DNA of 34,852 nucleotides from Phycisphaerae bacterium (GTDB lineage Bacteria > Planctomycetota > Phycisphaerae > UBA1845), in contig JASFUW010000002.1 of NCBI GenBank assembly GCA_050050135.1, positions 1 through 34,852 on the forward strand, given 5' to 3'. The notes below the pieces were generated by a model that made no database searches, was not told where the DNA came from, and worked only from the letters and a program-made list of their open reading frames with translations. The position numbers and the translations under genes are program-made. Every line of letters starts with the position of its first letter. Position 1 is the first letter of the stretch. Of this stretch, positions 33,701 to 34,852 are shown one piece after another.

Positions 33701-34852
33701 GGGATGCCGTCGGAAAGGGGGCTGGGCGACGTCGTGCACGCCGTGGTGGTAGTCGACGAGGGCGCCAGCCCGGAACTCGACCGGTCGTCGATCGAGCGTG
33801 AGATTCGATTGGCCGTCGGGTCGATCGGCGAAACCTTGCCTTCCCACGAGCGAATCGCGACGCTTCACTTCTGGACGCGCGACCTTCCGAGAACGTCCAC
33901 ACTCAAAGCGAAGCGGAGTCTGATCCGTGACATGGTTCAGGCCGAGCACGCCGCGGCGACGCTCAGCTCCTCGAGCGAGCACGCGCCTCGCGGTGATGAG
34001 GTTCAGCCGCCCCCGACGTCGGAGGACGACCCCAACGAAGCGAAGAAGCTGGCGGTGGTCCGGCAGATCGTCGCGAACCAGACCAAATGTCCCGAGCCAT
34101 CGGTCCGACCGACCGCCCACCTCCTGTTGGATCTCGGGATCGATAGCATCGGCAAACTTGACCTGATCGGGGCGGTCGAGGCCCGCTTCAACATGGAGAT
34201 CGACGAGGCGACGGCGGCGGCGATCACGCGCGTATCCGATGTCTTGAAGGTCATCGGCGACCGGCGGCCGCGCGAGTCCGCACGTGCCGCGCCGCAGCCG
34301 CGCCCCCCACGGATGACCGCAGAATCAGCCGACGCTTCGTTGAACGGAGCGCCTTCTCCGGCGGTCGTCCCACTGCGTTGGCTCGTGCGCGGCGGTCTGG
34401 GCGCGCTGATGAGTTCCTATATCCGGGTCCACGCGCTGGGGCGAGAGAACATCCCCCCAGCAGGGGCGTTCCTCCTCGCACCGAATCACTCGTCGCACCT
34501 GGATTCGCCTTCGGTGTTGATGGCTGTGGGGAGTCGGCGGCGTGTGTGGGTCGCCGGGGCCGAGGACTACTTCTTCAACACCCGAATCCGGCGGTTGGTC
34601 TTCGGACAATGTCTCGACGCGATCCCCTTCGACAGAAGGGCGGACGGCGTGCTCGGTTTGCGGCGGTGTAGCCAAGCGCTGAACCGCGGCGACGGGCTTT
34701 TGATCTTCCCCGAAGGAACGCGTTCCACGACGGGTGAAATGCAACCGTTCAAGATCGGTGTCGCGGTGCTCGCGATGGAGCGGAAGGTGCCTATCGTACC
34801 TGTGTACATCCACCGCGCGTTCGAGCTTCTGCCCAAGGGACAGCGTTTCGCC
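30734..34852 (+). CDS. Giant multidomain lipid enzyme (partial, C-terminus beyond the window): fatty-acyl reductase, acyl-AMP/CoA ligase, acyl carrier domain and AGPAT acyltransferase
   Basis: It is absent from the ORF track because it has no stop in the window. Frame 2 is open for 1373 codons from the GTG at 30734, which has GAGGG 8 nt upstream and lies 1 nt after the plsC stop. The reductase shows VLVTGSTGFLAK (30797-), VSTCYV and YTFTKWLGE. The ligase shows ILFTSGTTVSPKAV (32807-32833), YEGYGLTETAP, FRTGDLG and GRSKDLI. The carrier domain shows LLDLGIDSIGKLDL (Ser 34145-34147). The acyltransferase shows APNHSSHLDS (34484-) and IFPEGTRSTTGE. The long minus-strand ORFs here (31826..33220, 33290..34120) are antisense artefacts. 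Confidence 0.88.
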   Translation, partial: MIRKNPSEPQRLADRLAGHHVLVTGSTGFLAKAVVEKLLRAVQTVGGIYLLVRVRSDGTTPQQRAQREVFSSRAYDRLRASLGERFARLCEEKIHVVGGDLTKERLGIPPEEYSALAGRVTLIINSAATVTFDERIDLALDLNTLGPRRLLQFARDCGSVPFMQVSTCYVCGTRSGVVPEDFSAPQTAQERLPRREGSDAYDLDGVVESAQAEAAELRHRFGADTEACRRELIEAGMRRARSYGWHDTYTFTKWLGEQFLIRDRGNVPLVIFRPAIIEGSFDEPIPGWIDGLRMADPIIVAYGRGKLSQFPAISDLPIDLIPVDFVANAMLATLPVGKGWSEGLAVYHCASSERNPLLLSVLRKSLSRAFKKRPLSDDDGRPVRPRELRYVEQSAFIARWESKYRWILRLQRVYKAFGIQGRRFRKLTALGRQIEQVIYFAKIYAPYTHLACTFGDEKLRAAADRLDPQDRKAFTFDVERIDWDNYIVDRHIPGLRAFVLSPAAEPTPRILAKEEWDRDAVRTPEELLRGNNLFEVFAGAVRRYGDRPALQVLRGNRWLRYSYNEALRATGAVMQRFVDRGLTPGDRVAICGESCPEWGLVYLAIMRAGLTAVPLDPQLPPADAWSEARFAGAKLMCATRRTLAGLEAHRSESDAELVELREPFIPRPAAARDTAPEPVEVSDTAVASILFTSGTTVSPKAVQLTHRNFIANATALLKVHMVAPTDQLLSVLPMYHAFEFTGGFLAPLVCGATITYVDELKGPKIQEATQATGTTVMLVVPRLLRLFHDSIDSTVAAGGWLQRFAFRAFGFLSDATGYSLGRWLYSRVHKRFGGRLRMFVSGGSRLDPDLFKSFRQMGFEVYEGYGLTETAPVLTVNPPGRAQGGSVGPALPGVEIEIRNQNLEGVGEVWARGKSVMPGYLDNAEATGEVLVDGWFRTGDLGRRDSNGYLYLTGRSKDLIVTDAGKNVYPDEVEAKYCELPCVKEICVFGMPSERGLGDVVHAVVVVDEGASPELDRSSIEREIRLAVGSIGETLPSHERIATLHFWTRDLPRTSTLKAKRSLIRDMVQAEHAAATLSSSSEHAPRGDEVQPPPTSEDDPNEAKKLAVVRQIVANQTKCPEPSVRPTAHLLLDLGIDSIGKLDLIGAVEARFNMEIDEATAAAITRVSDVLKVIGDRRPRESARAAPQPRPPRMTAESADASLNGAPSPAVVPLRWLVRGGLGALMSSYIRVHALGRENIPPAGAFLLAPNHSSHLDSPSVLMAVGSRRRVWVAGAEDYFFNTRIRRLVFGQCLDAIPFDRRADGVLGLRRCSQALNRGDGLLIFPEGTRSTTGEMQPFKIGVAVLAMERKVPIVPVYIHRAFELLPKGQRFA

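Noticed and set aside
31826-34120. Long minus-strand ORFs (31826..33220, 464 aa; 33290..34120, 276 aa) are the largest ORFs the track lists here.
   Set aside because: They are Arg-rich junk lying antisense to an open + frame that contains unmistakable AMP-ligase, ACP and acyltransferase motifs. The real gene is missing from the track only because it has no stop inside the window.
1-34852. I searched for CRISPR arrays, IS elements, transposases, integrases, prophage genes, toxin-antitoxin pairs and defence-system hallmarks.
   Set aside because: I saw no direct-repeat/spacer periodicity. No DDE, tyrosine-recombinase, nuclease-helicase or restriction-modification-like translations were recognised in any frame. 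The window looks like core envelope-biogenesis DNA rather than a mobile or defence island.

Overview
High-GC bacterial chromosomal window. Its style (a TPR plus RpoA-alphaCTD protein, long intergenic spacers, many GTG/TTG starts, weak Shine-Dalgarno usage) suggests a Planctomycetota-like origin, which is inference only. All family calls come from reading motifs in the translations; no database search was possible. There are four transcription blocks. (i) 1-10378, minus strand: a tightly packed ten-gene surface-glycan operon with rfbB, rfbD, wecB, rfbF, an SDR epimerase, three tandem Zn-ribbon C-methyltransferase paralogs and two GT2 glycosyltransferases. (ii) 11541-22835, plus strand: an exosortase/EpsI-type exopolysaccharide module with an exosortase fused to a degenerate nucleotidyltransferase domain, EpsI, a Wzz/BY-kinase, a priming sugar transferase with an odd N-terminal domain, and a 1.4-kaa TPR protein. 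(iii) 22907-28588, minus strand: SpoIID, a TPR plus tandem alphaCTD protein, DUF971, HtrA, a 2-hydroxyacid dehydrogenase and a tiny His-rich membrane ORF. (iv) 28761 to beyond 34852, plus strand: an inositol monophosphatase, PlsC and a giant open-ended reductase/acyl-AMP-ligase/ACP/acyltransferase fusion reminiscent of the myxobacterial ether-lipid enzyme ElbD. I saw no rRNA, tRNA, CRISPR, transposase or phage signatures. The most notable observations are the nucleotidyltransferase-exosortase fusion, a 16-bp perfect GC palindrome repeated only in intergenic 5' regions, a 1.16-kb non-coding divergent region, the triple methyltransferase array and the ElbD-like megaenzyme.
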